IMG/VR virus record: IMGVR_UViG_3300032245_001127
Direction: 5' to 3' (one strand)
Source: a virus
DNA length: 64,000 nucleotides
How positions within the stretch are numbered: the first letter of the stretch is position 1; each line of letters begins with the position of its first letter. Below the pieces are notes generated by a model. It did no database searches. It was not told the DNA's origin and was given only the letters and a program-made list of their open reading frames with translations. Positions 29,159-39,086 of this stretch are shown in pieces. A program made the position numbers and the translations under genes.

Positions 29159-29354
29159 AATATAAATTTATTTCATTAGTGTTTAAATATATTGTATATA
29201 AAATATAAACATAGTATAGCAGAAATATATAATATAATTAATTCATTAAAATTAGATGACGAAGGAAATAACAAATTACTTTGCATAATTGCCATAAGTA
29301 ACTCCTTTTTTAATTCATCATATAAAGAACGTATTATTTAGTCAAAAATATGTT

Positions 29355-29618
29355 TTAATGTAAATGTTTTTTATGCATAATATCAGTCATTCCAAAGGGT
29401 TTTGCTGATCTACCAACTTCAACTACTGAATCTAAAAATTTTTCATAATCTTCTGGAGTTAAAGCTGATTTATACAAACGAATTGCGATCGCAAGCATTG
29501 TGCTCGAAACTAATTGACTTGCTGATTCATTATCTTTATGTTCAATTAATATATTCATTGCAGACATAAAAAGTTCATCAAATATTTTTTGCTGTAATAT
29601 ATCTTCTTCCATAGACAT
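29355..29618 (-). CDS. Hypothetical protein (possible true start 29612)
   Basis: Helical ORF directly behind the promoter at 29619-29647. Confidence 0.65.
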   Translation of the reverse strand: MSMEEDILQQKIFDELFMSAMNILIEHKDNESASQLVSSTMLAIAIRLYKSALTPEDYEKFLDSVVEVGRSAKPFGMTDIMHKKHLH

Positions 29619-29647
29619 ATTTTATAATAAAAAACCTTGCAAGTAAA
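29619..29647 (-). promoter_or_regulatory. Middle-type promoter TTTACT-TGCAAG-N11-TAAAAT
   Basis: Shared motif and spacing. Confidence 0.68.
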
Positions 29648-29652
29648 GTTCT

Positions 29653-30234
29653 TTATATGTTAAAATATTTACCCTCTATTTCCATCACTGCAGTTACTCT
29701 CCAATGTCCTGGATTAGTTGCATTATTTACTAATTGATGTTGAATATCATGTCCATTAAATGCTCTAAATTCTCCAGTTTTCCAAACTCTTTTAACTCCA
29801 TCAAATATTAATGCTTGATTTTCTGGATCTGGTATATCAATTCCAAAACTTACTGTATATCCACTAATTGATGGATCTCCAACACTTTGACGTATCCAAT
29901 CCCAAACATAACCATCATGATGGACTGGAAGCATTTTTCCTGGACGAATAAAATTAATACACATATCAATCATTCCTTCAATTTGAAATGCTGCTTTCAT
30001 ACTTCGATTCCAACCCAAACTCCATTTTTCTTGTACTTTTCGACCATCTATTACAGGAAGAGCCTTAAAACCCCCTTTATTCGCTTCAGGCATTGCGTAT
30101 CTTTCGTCTGCGTTCACAGTATCAGTTTCTATACTAAAATTGTTTCTCCATGCTGCATAATCGTTTAAAAGGGCTTGCATGAGCTTTTGCAATGCACCAT
30201 AATCTTTATATTGTATTGGATCACCTAACCACAT
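29653..30234 (-). CDS. AspH/LpxO-like Fe(II)/2OG hydroxylase, paralogue A4 (likely start MWLG at 30234)
   Basis: INFIRPGKMLPVHHD...WKTGEFRAFNG...H...N...WRVTAVME; AGGAGG SD. Confidence 0.78.
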   Translation of the reverse strand: MWLGDPIQYKDYGALQKLMQALLNDYAAWRNNFSIETDTVNADERYAMPEANKGGFKALPVIDGRKVQEKWSLGWNRSMKAAFQIEGMIDMCINFIRPGKMLPVHHDGYVWDWIRQSVGDPSISGYTVSFGIDIPDPENQALIFDGVKRVWKTGEFRAFNGHDIQHQLVNNATNPGHWRVTAVMEIEGKYFNI

Positions 30235-30244
30235 AATTCCTCCT

Positions 30245-30820
30245 TTATAAAGCCCACTCTGTTTCATTTGTATCTACAATTGCAGACACTCTCCAATTTC
30301 CAGTTTTATTCCAAACTTTATGCATATAATTTCTTCCATCAAAAGCAACTATTTCGTTATTTGCATATGCTCTTGGAGCTGAATCGTTTTCAAATTCTAT
30401 TCCAAGTATTTTCGGATCATTGCTTGGCATATCAATACCGATTGCAATAGTCCAGCCTTTTACAGCATGACCAACTGATTCTTCAATTCTTTGCCAACTA
30501 CCAAAATCTTTATGTAATGGTAATCCACCAAATGGTGTAATGAAATTTACTATTGACTGAAATACTCCAGGAATTTCTTTTAAAACTGCAGTAGAACGAT
30601 GCCAGTCATTAGGTACAGCTTTTGTTCCTTGTATAAGTGGAATAGCCCACCAAGAATCTGCATGTTCATGTTCTGCGTTTGGATATTCGTAACGAAAAAC
30701 ATTAATTCCTTTTTCTTTAATATTATGATTCCTTGAAAATGAAAAATAATCTGCTTGTAAAGCAACTGATAACGATTTTAACATTTCATAATGTTTGAAT
30801 TTTTTTGGATCTATCCACAT
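30245..30820 (-). CDS. AspH/LpxO-like Fe(II)/2OG hydroxylase, paralogue A3
   Basis: VNFITPFGGLPLHKD...FDGRNYMHKVWN...WRVSAIVD. Confidence 0.8.
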   Translation of the reverse strand: MWIDPKKFKHYEMLKSLSVALQADYFSFSRNHNIKEKGINVFRYEYPNAEHEHADSWWAIPLIQGTKAVPNDWHRSTAVLKEIPGVFQSIVNFITPFGGLPLHKDFGSWQRIEESVGHAVKGWTIAIGIDMPSNDPKILGIEFENDSAPRAYANNEIVAFDGRNYMHKVWNKTGNWRVSAIVDTNETEWAL

Positions 30821-30821
30821 A

Positions 30822-31541
30822 TTATTCTCCTGTATAAGTAGCCCATCTATTTTGTAAATAATAGAGGTCTGAATTTTTTAAATTATATTGCGTATATTCT
30901 AAATCTATAATTGCTGTAACACGCCAGTCGTTGCTATGATTATATACATCATGATAATGTGTTTTTCCTTCGAAAGAAACCCACTCACCAGTATTCCAAC
31001 CTTTTTTTTCTGGTACTCCAGTGTATTTATTTTTAAAAACAAATCCCATATTAGTAGCATTAGTTGCTAATCCTAATACATTACTGAATCCATTTAGTGG
31101 TCTTCCTATATCTTTTTCAATTCTTTTCCATCCACCTGTATCATCATGAGATGGTAATTCTGATTTTGGTTTTACAAAATTAACAATAAATTGTACTATT
31201 CCTGGAAGTTTTAAAGCCAATTCTGCTGACTCTTTCCAGTCTTCAAAATTTTTCATTTTCTTATTTCCGCAATCAGTAAATACTGCATCGCAAAACCAAT
31301 ATTCGTTTGGATTATGTCGATCTTCAATAGATTCTGGTCTATGGTATAGATCGTCGCCACCTTTTACATGAGCATAATCTGGATAGACGTCATGGTGTTC
31401 AAATTTTTGAACTTGAATACGTTTTGCATATGCTTCATTTGTACCATATTTAAGTTTCCATTTTTCAAAGTCTGATTGTATTACTTTGCCTAAAAACATT
31501 AAATCGTCATAATTTTTATATAATTTAGTATCAATCCACAT
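30822..31541 (-). CDS. AspH/LpxO-like Fe(II)/2OG hydroxylase, paralogue A2
   Basis: VNFVKPKSELPSHDD...WNTGEWVSFEG..HYHDVYN...WRVTAIID. Confidence 0.8.
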   Translation of the reverse strand: MWIDTKLYKNYDDLMFLGKVIQSDFEKWKLKYGTNEAYAKRIQVQKFEHHDVYPDYAHVKGGDDLYHRPESIEDRHNPNEYWFCDAVFTDCGNKKMKNFEDWKESAELALKLPGIVQFIVNFVKPKSELPSHDDTGGWKRIEKDIGRPLNGFSNVLGLATNATNMGFVFKNKYTGVPEKKGWNTGEWVSFEGKTHYHDVYNHSNDWRVTAIIDLEYTQYNLKNSDLYYLQNRWATYTGE

Positions 31542-31545
31542 AATT

Positions 31546-32589
31546 CTATTCTCCCTTTGAATCCTCTATCATTTCTTCTGCATGTAATTCTATATAATTC
31601 ATTATATTATGATATTCTTGATATTCTATAAAATATTGTTTTAATAAATTAATCGTTTTAGATCCTAAATTGTTCCAATAAAAAAGCAATTCATCGTCTG
31701 GTATTGAATCAACATAATGTTTTATTCCACCATTATCTGTTAAATATTTAACATTCGAAAGAATATGTTTATAGATAATGCTTTCATTTTCTGAATCTAC
31801 AACTATATTTATCTCTCTCATAGTTGGTTCTTTTAAAGTTACATAATGATCGTTTTCTAATTTAATTGTCGGATGTGGTTTTGCAGGTAATATAATTGTT
31901 TCTTTATTACCATTAATAATAATTTCTTTTAATCTCTCATTAATAAAATGTTTTTTATCAATATCTATAACTGCTGTAATTCTCCACTCATTCGTGTCAT
32001 TCCACATACTATGACCAGCTTCTTTACCATCAAAACAAACTATTTCTCCTGCTAGTGGATATTTTTGAATTCCTTCGACATCCATTCCTACTGTTTTTTC
32101 ATTTTTGTTTTTCATTCCAGAAAATAATGTAACAACCGCACTATAACCATCTACTTTTCTTTTTAATTGTTCTTCAATACGATCCCAATTACTTGTATCT
32201 TTATGTGGAGTTATTTTACCATGTGGTTTGATAAAATTTATAAGTATTTGATACACTCCATTTAATTTACTCAATGCTTCCCAAGATTTAGGAAAAACTA
32301 TTTTATCCCAAACTCTATTATAATAACATGGAATAGTTTTCCAATCATCTGCATGTTTAAATTCTAAATTATTTGAAGGAACTTCAGTCAATTCGCCAAC
32401 ATATTGTTTTGGTACAATCGTTAAACGGCTAATTTTAGTTTTTGCTTTATCTCCAGTACCATAAGCACTTAATGCATCTGTTTCTATATTATGTTTTTGT
32501 ACCCAAGCTAATATATCTTGTTGTAAGTATGGAACTATTTTTTCTAAATCAGAATAATGATTATAATTTTTTATATTAATCCAAGACAT
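31546..32589 (-). CDS. AspH/LpxO-like hydroxylase A1 fused to a gp26-like C-terminal domain
   Basis: INFIKPHGKITPHKD...FDGKEAGHSMWN...WRITAVID, then IKLENDHYVTLKEPT...IYKHI...NL, resembling the C-terminal half of gp26. Confidence 0.75.
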   Translation of the reverse strand: MSWINIKNYNHYSDLEKIVPYLQQDILAWVQKHNIETDALSAYGTGDKAKTKISRLTIVPKQYVGELTEVPSNNLEFKHADDWKTIPCYYNRVWDKIVFPKSWEALSKLNGVYQILINFIKPHGKITPHKDTSNWDRIEEQLKRKVDGYSAVVTLFSGMKNKNEKTVGMDVEGIQKYPLAGEIVCFDGKEAGHSMWNDTNEWRITAVIDIDKKHFINERLKEIIINGNKETIILPAKPHPTIKLENDHYVTLKEPTMREINIVVDSENESIIYKHILSNVKYLTDNGGIKHYVDSIPDDELLFYWNNLGSKTINLLKQYFIEYQEYHNIMNYIELHAEEMIEDSKGE

Positions 32590-33664
32590 TTCTTCGTTCC
32601 CCTTTTCTTTTTATATCAAGTGTTAAACAATGAACACCACCATCCCAAAAACCACCTTGTCTTTGATTTGCCACATGTAATTTAATTCCGTGCGATTTAA
32701 AAAATTCTTCTAATTTTGGTTGATGGTTGCTTACAACTATGTTCGATTCATCTACCACTACGACATTACTATCAAAAGCAACTTCTTGTGCGAATCCACG
32801 CCACTCAGATATCCATTCTTTAATCCATTCAATACTATATTTTCCTTCTGAAGCTGTCATTCGATGATCGTATTGTATCATATCTATATTTGTAATTAAA
32901 TGACCAAAAGAATGTACATTTATATTTTTATTTTTTAATATAGCTTCTGGTACATAATTTATATCTGTACAAAAACAAGTAGTGTCATTAGTCATAAAAA
33001 AGAACTGATCGATATGTCCCCAACCACGATGTGGCTTATTTACGTTATCAATAAATTTTGTAGAAGGAATATTTCTTTTCATCCAATCTAATCCTAATGC
33101 TGTTCCAGGACCAGCTGAATTTACAATTATTGAATCGCCAACTTTATACATTGTTGCAGTATGCCATAATATTCTATTCACCAAATCTCTTCCATATCTG
33201 TCGCCACCATGTGTAAACCATTGAGTGTCAGGTGGAAAATCTTTAAGTAATGGAACTGGTGTGCTTATCCAGTTATAAGAATTTTTTGTGTACTTTTCTA
33301 AAAATATATTATAAAATGCTAATGACTCTAACCATCGATCAGCCATTGAAGTATATGCTGAATAGATTGTATTTCCATAAACAATATAGGAATCTCTTGG
33401 AACAATTGGTGCGATAGGATTTTTAATTTTAAATTTAGGAAGTTTTAAATTACTTTCAAACGGAAGTATTTCTGGACGATAAACCTTTACATTTAAAGAT
33501 TCAAATACTTTTTGCATATTATCTAAATCTTCTTTAGTTTCAAGAATAATGGGTTCTAACACACGCATTACTTCTGCACTTACAAATGATTTATAATAAT
33601 CAGGTGTAGGAATATTTCCTACTATAATTTCCTCTAAAGGATCATAATCTGTCCAAACACTCAT
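32576..33664 (-). CDS. Amidinotransferase (glycine/inosamine amidinotransferase family)
   Basis: TDYDPLEEIIVG, PRD, GHID (His), GGVHCLTLDI.R (Cys). Confidence 0.88.
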   Translation of the reverse strand: MSVWTDYDPLEEIIVGNIPTPDYYKSFVSAEVMRVLEPIILETKEDLDNMQKVFESLNVKVYRPEILPFESNLKLPKFKIKNPIAPIVPRDSYIVYGNTIYSAYTSMADRWLESLAFYNIFLEKYTKNSYNWISTPVPLLKDFPPDTQWFTHGGDRYGRDLVNRILWHTATMYKVGDSIIVNSAGPGTALGLDWMKRNIPSTKFIDNVNKPHRGWGHIDQFFFMTNDTTCFCTDINYVPEAILKNKNINVHSFGHLITNIDMIQYDHRMTASEGKYSIEWIKEWISEWRGFAQEVAFDSNVVVVDESNIVVSNHQPKLEEFFKSHGIKLHVANQRQGGFWDGGVHCLTLDIKRKGERRNVLD

Positions 33665-33670
33665 AATAAT

Positions 33671-34150
33671 TTATTTAGGTTGATAATCTTTACCCCATAC
33701 ATCTTTAAGATAATTCTCATCCCAAAAACTATAATAATTTGTTTTAATTAGAGAATCTCTTGCTTCATTTAATTCTTTTTTAGGTTGGCATAACATAAAA
33801 TTATAATAACCATTATTTGTTTGTACGCCATTTATAAATGTTTTACGATCTTTATGGTCAGCTAAAAACACTAAATCTGGAAATTTGTTCGCATAGAAAG
33901 AACACCAAGAATCCATATATTCAGGTGTAATGTTTAAATTTGTAACTGTATATACTTTAATTCTTCGAATATTCTCAACAGATGGAGCTATAAAATTTTC
34001 GTCCATATGTAAATATTCTGGAGTTGGTACACCAATACCTTTACTAAAAGGACAAATAGAATGACCATCGAGTGCTTGACGAGGAATTTTAATCCTCGCC
34101 AGCCACTCTTGTAATGCTTCTTTTGGTGTTATATTATGCTTGTCGTACAA
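33671..34150 (-). CDS. Hypothetical protein (DUF1415-like CPF motif)
   Basis: LQEWL...LDGHSICPFSK...FMLCQ...L..AR..L...YY..W. Confidence 0.55.
   Translation of the reverse strand: MYDKHNITPKEALQEWLARIKIPRQALDGHSICPFSKGIGVPTPEYLHMDENFIAPSVENIRRIKVYTVTNLNITPEYMDSWCSFYANKFPDLVFLADHKDRKTFINGVQTNNGYYNFMLCQPKKELNEARDSLIKTNYYSFWDENYLKDVWGKDYQPK
33672..33678 (-). promoter_or_regulatory. Late promoter CTAAATA ahead of the amidinotransferase and hydroxylases A1-A4
   Basis: ACCTAAATA, 7 nt before ATG 33664. Confidence 0.55.
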
Positions 34151-34625
34151 GATATTGATCCTTCATTGAAATAGGATCAAAATATTCTATAATCATACTT
34201 TTCACCATTTCAATATCAAAAGTTTTACATGAAAACAAATCAAAATACATATCACCATTTATATCTAAAAAGTGTATAGTTAATGAACTTGTTGTCAATG
34301 GTTGTATTACTGTCCATCCAGCAATTTCTGGCTTTTCAGCAAAGTGTGTAATCCATGGGGTTCCCCATGCATTCATGTTTATTCTTTTTAATAAATCCAC
34401 TACGAAAGTTTCTAGAATTTTAGGTTCATTAAAATTCTTTTTACATCCTTTCGCATCTAATATTAAATGATATCCCCATGATTGAATAGCAGTATTTGCA
34501 TATTTTTCATGGAATACTCTGCCCACATTATTATTTCCACTGTTCTCAAGTGAAGAAGGAACAGATTTTATTTTTGAAGTTTCGCGTTGGGGAAACTCCT
34601 GTAGATTTAACTTTGCTTGAGTCAT
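34134..34625 (-). CDS. Pyruvoyl-dependent decarboxylase, SpeD/AdoMetDC family
   Basis: WGYHLILDAKGC...GWTVIQPLTTSSLTIHF...YFDLFSCKTFD. Confidence 0.85.
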   Translation of the reverse strand: MTQAKLNLQEFPQRETSKIKSVPSSLENSGNNNVGRVFHEKYANTAIQSWGYHLILDAKGCKKNFNEPKILETFVVDLLKRINMNAWGTPWITHFAEKPEIAGWTVIQPLTTSSLTIHFLDINGDMYFDLFSCKTFDIEMVKSMIIEYFDPISMKDQYLVRQA

Positions 34626-34628
34626 CTT

Positions 34629-35804
34629 TTACTTATTTACCTCTATTACTTGCGACATACATTTTCCTCCGAAACCGAAAGAATTATTTAATGTACGCAA
34701 GACTTTTTTGTTTGTTTTTAAATTCTCACGAACCAAAATTCCTTTTGTATCGCAAGATGCCTGTTTTAAATTTTGTATATGTGGAATAATTCCCTCTTTC
34801 ATTGAAATGATTGAGTAAATGCATTCTAATATACCAGCTGCAGCAAGAGTGTGTCCTATTTTGGATTTTGGAGCCCAAATAGGTTTTTCACCTACGAAAC
34901 TGACTACTGTTTCATACTCGATTGGATCACCAATTGGTGTAGAAGTTGCGTGCGCACACACAAAATCTATATCATTCACATGACCCATTGCTTTAGACAT
35001 AGAAATACGAGCACCTCGTCCATCATTTGCAGGACTCGTCATATCAAGTGCATCACTCGCCATACCACAAGGATATAAAGTTGCATGCACTGTACTGCCA
35101 TATTTCTTGACCATTTTTTCACTTTGTAATATAAGTACACCACATCCATCTCCCATCAGAAATCCTGAACGAGAATCATCGAAAGGCATACTTGTATTCG
35201 CAACTGCACCTAAGGTGTTAAAATATTTAATCGCCATAGGAAAACAACCTGCATCTGCACCTCCTACAATGACATATTCATATTCATCGCAGAGACGCAT
35301 TCCATAATCAATAGTTACAAGTCCAGTTGAACAACTCGCGAAAGTTGCAGCACTTAGACCCATAAATTTGTAATGAGAAGTAATATGAGAACATCCCATG
35401 TCTGGAATACGATTAGCACTCTTACGTGGGTTTACTCTTTTATTACTTTTCGTCGGCAAATACAACTCATCTAAAAATTCTGTATCATTTGACACAGTTG
35501 ATAGAAGAGTTGCCACATCGTAGTGATGTGGTAATTTTGACATAATCAGTGCATCATTCACAGCATGCAACATCATTTTCTGTGCATTTGTTAATGAACG
35601 TAACATCTTATTGTCAAATTCTTTTGGTATAATACAAGTATTAGGATCAAATATTGCTCCTCTATATACTTTACTATTGTCCGCAATCAGTTCTGGTATA
35701 TCTTTAGAATAATCATTATTATCTAACATTCGATTAAAACAATCTTTAGGATTATTCCCAAGACTATCAATCATACCATAACCTACAACATAAATTTTAT
35801 TCAT
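34629..35804 (-). CDS. fabF: Beta-ketoacyl-ACP synthase II (FabF-like)
   Basis: Cys-His-His triad: ASCSTG, AHATSTPIGD, KSKIGHTLAAAG; PFDDSRSGF.MGDG; NSFGFGG. Confidence 0.92.
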   Translation of the reverse strand: MNKIYVVGYGMIDSLGNNPKDCFNRMLDNNDYSKDIPELIADNSKVYRGAIFDPNTCIIPKEFDNKMLRSLTNAQKMMLHAVNDALIMSKLPHHYDVATLLSTVSNDTEFLDELYLPTKSNKRVNPRKSANRIPDMGCSHITSHYKFMGLSAATFASCSTGLVTIDYGMRLCDEYEYVIVGGADAGCFPMAIKYFNTLGAVANTSMPFDDSRSGFLMGDGCGVLILQSEKMVKKYGSTVHATLYPCGMASDALDMTSPANDGRGARISMSKAMGHVNDIDFVCAHATSTPIGDPIEYETVVSFVGEKPIWAPKSKIGHTLAAAGILECIYSIISMKEGIIPHIQNLKQASCDTKGILVRENLKTNKKVLRTLNNSFGFGGKCMSQVIEVNK

Positions 35805-36447
35805 CGTTTACTTCATCATTAATTATAAAATTCTTCATACTATTTAGTGCATCGTCCCACTCAAGAGGTTTCGGATAAGTCAACCCATCAACGTTTATAG
35901 ACTCGTTTGAGTTTAATTTGTAAAACCAAGCACAAATTACATGACGATAATTAGAGCCATTTTCTATGTTGTGTGGCTGTCCAGTATTTGCTAATATGGG
36001 TTCATTCGGCAATATAGTATGTCTTGCTATTTCTTTTTTTAAATTAAAATCAGGAAATTTCATCGTCGGACCACTGTCATTAGTTGTAATAGTATCATAC
36101 CATGACGGATCTTTTACGTCATACCAAACCATTGAATGATCGTTAGTTGGACAATAACACCATATAATTTTAACAATATTGTCTATCCAATCGTCATTAT
36201 CAGTATGTACATACATACGATAATTCGGTTTACTTGAAAATCTTTCTATTCTTAATACACCCAATCCTATATTTTTTGCCCAATCAATTAAACTTGGATT
36301 AATTAAATGTCTTTCTCCATAATGATCTGCGTATTTTGCATCAATCGATTGATCTTTTTCTTTTGGAAAAACATAATCGTTTGTAAATGGATGTTCAAAT
36401 GGTAATTTTAATTTACGAAATGAACGATTTAAGTTTTGTAATTGCAT
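35797..36447 (-). CDS. Cupin-fold Fe(II)/2OG-type oxygenase, paralogue B6
   Basis: PNYRMYVHTD...ILANTGQPHNIEN...RHVIC. Confidence 0.68.
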   Translation of the reverse strand: MQLQNLNRSFRKLKLPFEHPFTNDYVFPKEKDQSIDAKYADHYGERHLINPSLIDWAKNIGLGVLRIERFSSKPNYRMYVHTDNDDWIDNIVKIIWCYCPTNDHSMVWYDVKDPSWYDTITTNDSGPTMKFPDFNLKKEIARHTILPNEPILANTGQPHNIENGSNYRHVICAWFYKLNSNESINVDGLTYPKPLEWDDALNSMKNFIINDEVNDE

Positions 36448-36991
36448 AATCCCATTCTATGTTAATATTTGTATAATTAAACCAAGTTAAACTTACTGCC
36501 CATCTTGTACTGCTAGTAGCATTAGTCATTGAATGTGGTACTCCAATGTTCACTAATGATGGAAATTTTATTTCAGATCTATGTAATAAATTACATTCAT
36601 CATCTTTCCAGTTGAGTGCGTATGGTGTTGTTGAAATAGCATATGCTTCTTTTTCTGTTCCTGGAGCAACAATTGAATGTTTTTTAGGATTTTTTGGTTG
36701 CCACCATTCCATATAAGAACCTGATTCTTCACAAAATTGCCAATTAATCGCAACTGAATCGCTCAATTGTTCGCCATCAACATGGATAGGTAATCGAAAA
36801 GCAGGAGGTGAAATAAAAACATCTGCATTCTTTAATATAAATCCTTTTAATTCAAACCAATCTATTAATTCTTTATCAATTAAATTTTTTGGTATTGGAA
36901 AATGTCCTTTTTTTGGAAGTAGTTTTTTCCAATCTTCTACGTTAAATAATTTTTTAAATGGCAAATTTAAATGAACGCAATATTTGTTCAT
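36413..36991 (-). CDS. Cupin-fold Fe(II)/2OG-type oxygenase, paralogue B5
   Basis: FISPP..RLPIHVDG...AINW...PSLVNIGVPHSMTN...RWAVSL. Confidence 0.72.
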   Translation of the reverse strand: MNKYCVHLNLPFKKLFNVEDWKKLLPKKGHFPIPKNLIDKELIDWFELKGFILKNADVFISPPAFRLPIHVDGEQLSDSVAINWQFCEESGSYMEWWQPKNPKKHSIVAPGTEKEAYAISTTPYALNWKDDECNLLHRSEIKFPSLVNIGVPHSMTNATSSTRWAVSLTWFNYTNINIEWDYAITKLKSFIS

Positions 36992-37671
36992 ATTATATAA
37001 TCCTTAAATAATTCTATTGCTTCAGGCATTGTAACAATATCTTGTAATATCTTTGCATTTACAGCTTTATCTCTTTCGATTGCGATTGTTTCAAGTGGCA
37101 TACCTTTTAATATTGCTTCATTTGTAGTAAATACATCTTTAATTAAAATTTTATCAAATACACAAGATAAACATTTTCTTGGACTAAATGTAGTTTTTAC
37201 ATTATGTGGTTGCCCAACTTGTACTATTGCTACATCTATATCTGCAGAATCAATTAAATCAACTTCTTCAGGATACCAATATAAATCTTTTGTATTAATT
37301 GGTCTTGCATCTTGATTAGCATATAGCACTCCTTCTCTTTTTGCCTTTGCTTCTTTATGTGGAGAAAACCAATTCATTAAACTATTTCCTCTAGGATTAT
37401 ATGCAAAATTTAATTTAAACTCATCATGTAATTCATTTCCATCTATATGAATAGGCATAGAATGATTTGCAGGATTTAAAAATAATTCTATGTCAGTAAT
37501 GCTTAATCCTATTGTTTCTAACCATAACAAATATTCTGGATTATGATATTTTATTTCAACCCAAATTTTAGTTTGTTTTGTAAACGAATATGACTGCATC
37601 CAATCCATTCCTTCTTTTGTTAATGGTTCTGGAATATTTTCTTTATTTAAATGTTTAAAATTAAATGACAT
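36988..37671 (-). CDS. Cupin-fold Fe(II)/2OG-type oxygenase, paralogue B4
   Basis: MPIHIDG...KLNF...IVQVGQPHNV...RKCLS. Confidence 0.72.
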   Translation of the reverse strand: MSFNFKHLNKENIPEPLTKEGMDWMQSYSFTKQTKIWVEIKYHNPEYLLWLETIGLSITDIELFLNPANHSMPIHIDGNELHDEFKLNFAYNPRGNSLMNWFSPHKEAKAKREGVLYANQDARPINTKDLYWYPEEVDLIDSADIDVAIVQVGQPHNVKTTFSPRKCLSCVFDKILIKDVFTTNEAILKGMPLETIAIERDKAVNAKILQDIVTMPEAIELFKDYII

Positions 37672-38263
37672 ATTTTTTAAAAACTTCTAATCCTTCTTCC
37701 ATATTCATTCCACCAAGATCTATAAATTCTTGTTCTCGTTTTAATCCTTCTTTCCAAATACTAATATTAAATAATTCAAGTGGTTCAGATCCATTAATAA
37801 CTTGATGTGGTACTCCTACACAAACTAAAGATGGACTTCCTGTAGTTTGATTTGCTTTTTCTTCAACTTCATTTTCTTTAAATTGAAGACTGTATGGACT
37901 ATTCGCATTATTTGATACATTATCGCTAACTCCTGAAGTTAATGGTTCAAAAAATCTGAATGAATGTTTTCCACCAAATGCCCAATTAAATTTTGCTTTG
38001 TGGCAATATCGAGAGCCATCAATATGAATACCCATAGCAAAATTCGGTTGAAAATAAAAGTATTCACAACCAACTATAAGATATCCGTATGATTTAAAAA
38101 AAGAATGTGCTACTGAACTTGCAGCTGATGGTGGTAGATCTAATCCATAATTTTGAACTAATGGATCTTTCTCTATTTCTTTTAATGCTATTTCTCTATA
38201 TGATTCTAAACCGAATGGTGTTGGTGATTTAAAGGGTAATGACAAATCGACGATGTATTTCAT
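37661..38263 (-). CDS. Cupin-fold oxygenase, paralogue B3 (distal Arg absent)
   Basis: MGIHIDG...KFNW...PSLVCVGVPHQVIN...LELFNI. Confidence 0.68.
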   Translation of the reverse strand: MKYIVDLSLPFKSPTPFGLESYREIALKEIEKDPLVQNYGLDLPPSAASSVAHSFFKSYGYLIVGCEYFYFQPNFAMGIHIDGSRYCHKAKFNWAFGGKHSFRFFEPLTSGVSDNVSNNANSPYSLQFKENEVEEKANQTTGSPSLVCVGVPHQVINGSEPLELFNISIWKEGLKREQEFIDLGGMNMEEGLEVFKKYVI

Positions 38264-38266
38264 AAT

Positions 38267-39073
38267 TTAATTAATTTGTAAATGCTGTAAACGAGGATAT
38301 ACTTCATCCCATCTACCAATAGAATCTTTTCCAATTAATTTAAGTGAATAACTTAAACAAACTCTCGGACCAGATGTAGTATTTACAACATTATGATATA
38401 TACCAATATTTGTTAATGATGGTTGTGTTAAATCGAATGATAAATTGTGTTGATGAACCATACGAGGACTGTTAGGACCATCTGATAATGCTACTTCTTT
38501 TACGATATAGTATTTTACATCATGATCTCCTGGAACATTATCTTTTGTTGATTCGTCTATGCTAAAATAATTTTGTTGGCTTAATCCATCTTGTTTAAAA
38601 CAATAAACGAAATTAAGTTTAGTTGATTGCTGCCAAGCATCTTTATGAGCACCCAACCACATATTTGCTGGTGTAATAAAAATATCCCAATGAGCAATTT
38701 CTAATCCAACATCTTTTAATACACGTATAAATCTTGGATGTATAAAGTCTTCATTTACATCATTATCGATAATATCGATGCAACTATACCAAAATGGCAA
38801 TTTATCATGCCATTTAATGATTGGTTCTTTAGAAGTATATGATGCTTCTTTTAAATTTCTTTCCCATTTAAGTGGATGGATTAAATATTCGATTGCTTGA
38901 ATTTCTTTTGGTATAACTTTCTCATCAAACCAATATGGTGGTATTGGAAGTGAATCAAACCATTCCTGAGATGTATATGGTCTTGTAAAACCTGCTGGCA
39001 TTTGTAACCTTACTGCATAAGGTGGACAACTATTGCCTATGTGTGTTTCTGGATAAATTGTAAATATACTCAT
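38267..39073 (-). CDS. Cupin-fold Fe(II)/2OG-type oxygenase, paralogue B2
   Basis: WLGAHKD...KLNFVY...PSLTNIGIYHNVVN...RVCLSY. Confidence 0.7.
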   Translation of the reverse strand: MSIFTIYPETHIGNSCPPYAVRLQMPAGFTRPYTSQEWFDSLPIPPYWFDEKVIPKEIQAIEYLIHPLKWERNLKEASYTSKEPIIKWHDKLPFWYSCIDIIDNDVNEDFIHPRFIRVLKDVGLEIAHWDIFITPANMWLGAHKDAWQQSTKLNFVYCFKQDGLSQQNYFSIDESTKDNVPGDHDVKYYIVKEVALSDGPNSPRMVHQHNLSFDLTQPSLTNIGIYHNVVNTTSGPRVCLSYSLKLIGKDSIGRWDEVYPRLQHLQIN

Positions 39074-39078
39074 GCTAC

Positions 39079-39085
39079 TATTTAG
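39079..39085 (-). promoter_or_regulatory. Late promoter CTAAATA ahead of oxygenases B2-B6, fabF and the SpeD-like gene
   Basis: ACCTAAATA in a 13-bp intergenic gap, 5 nt before ATG 39073. Confidence 0.68.
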
Positions 39086-39086
39086 G

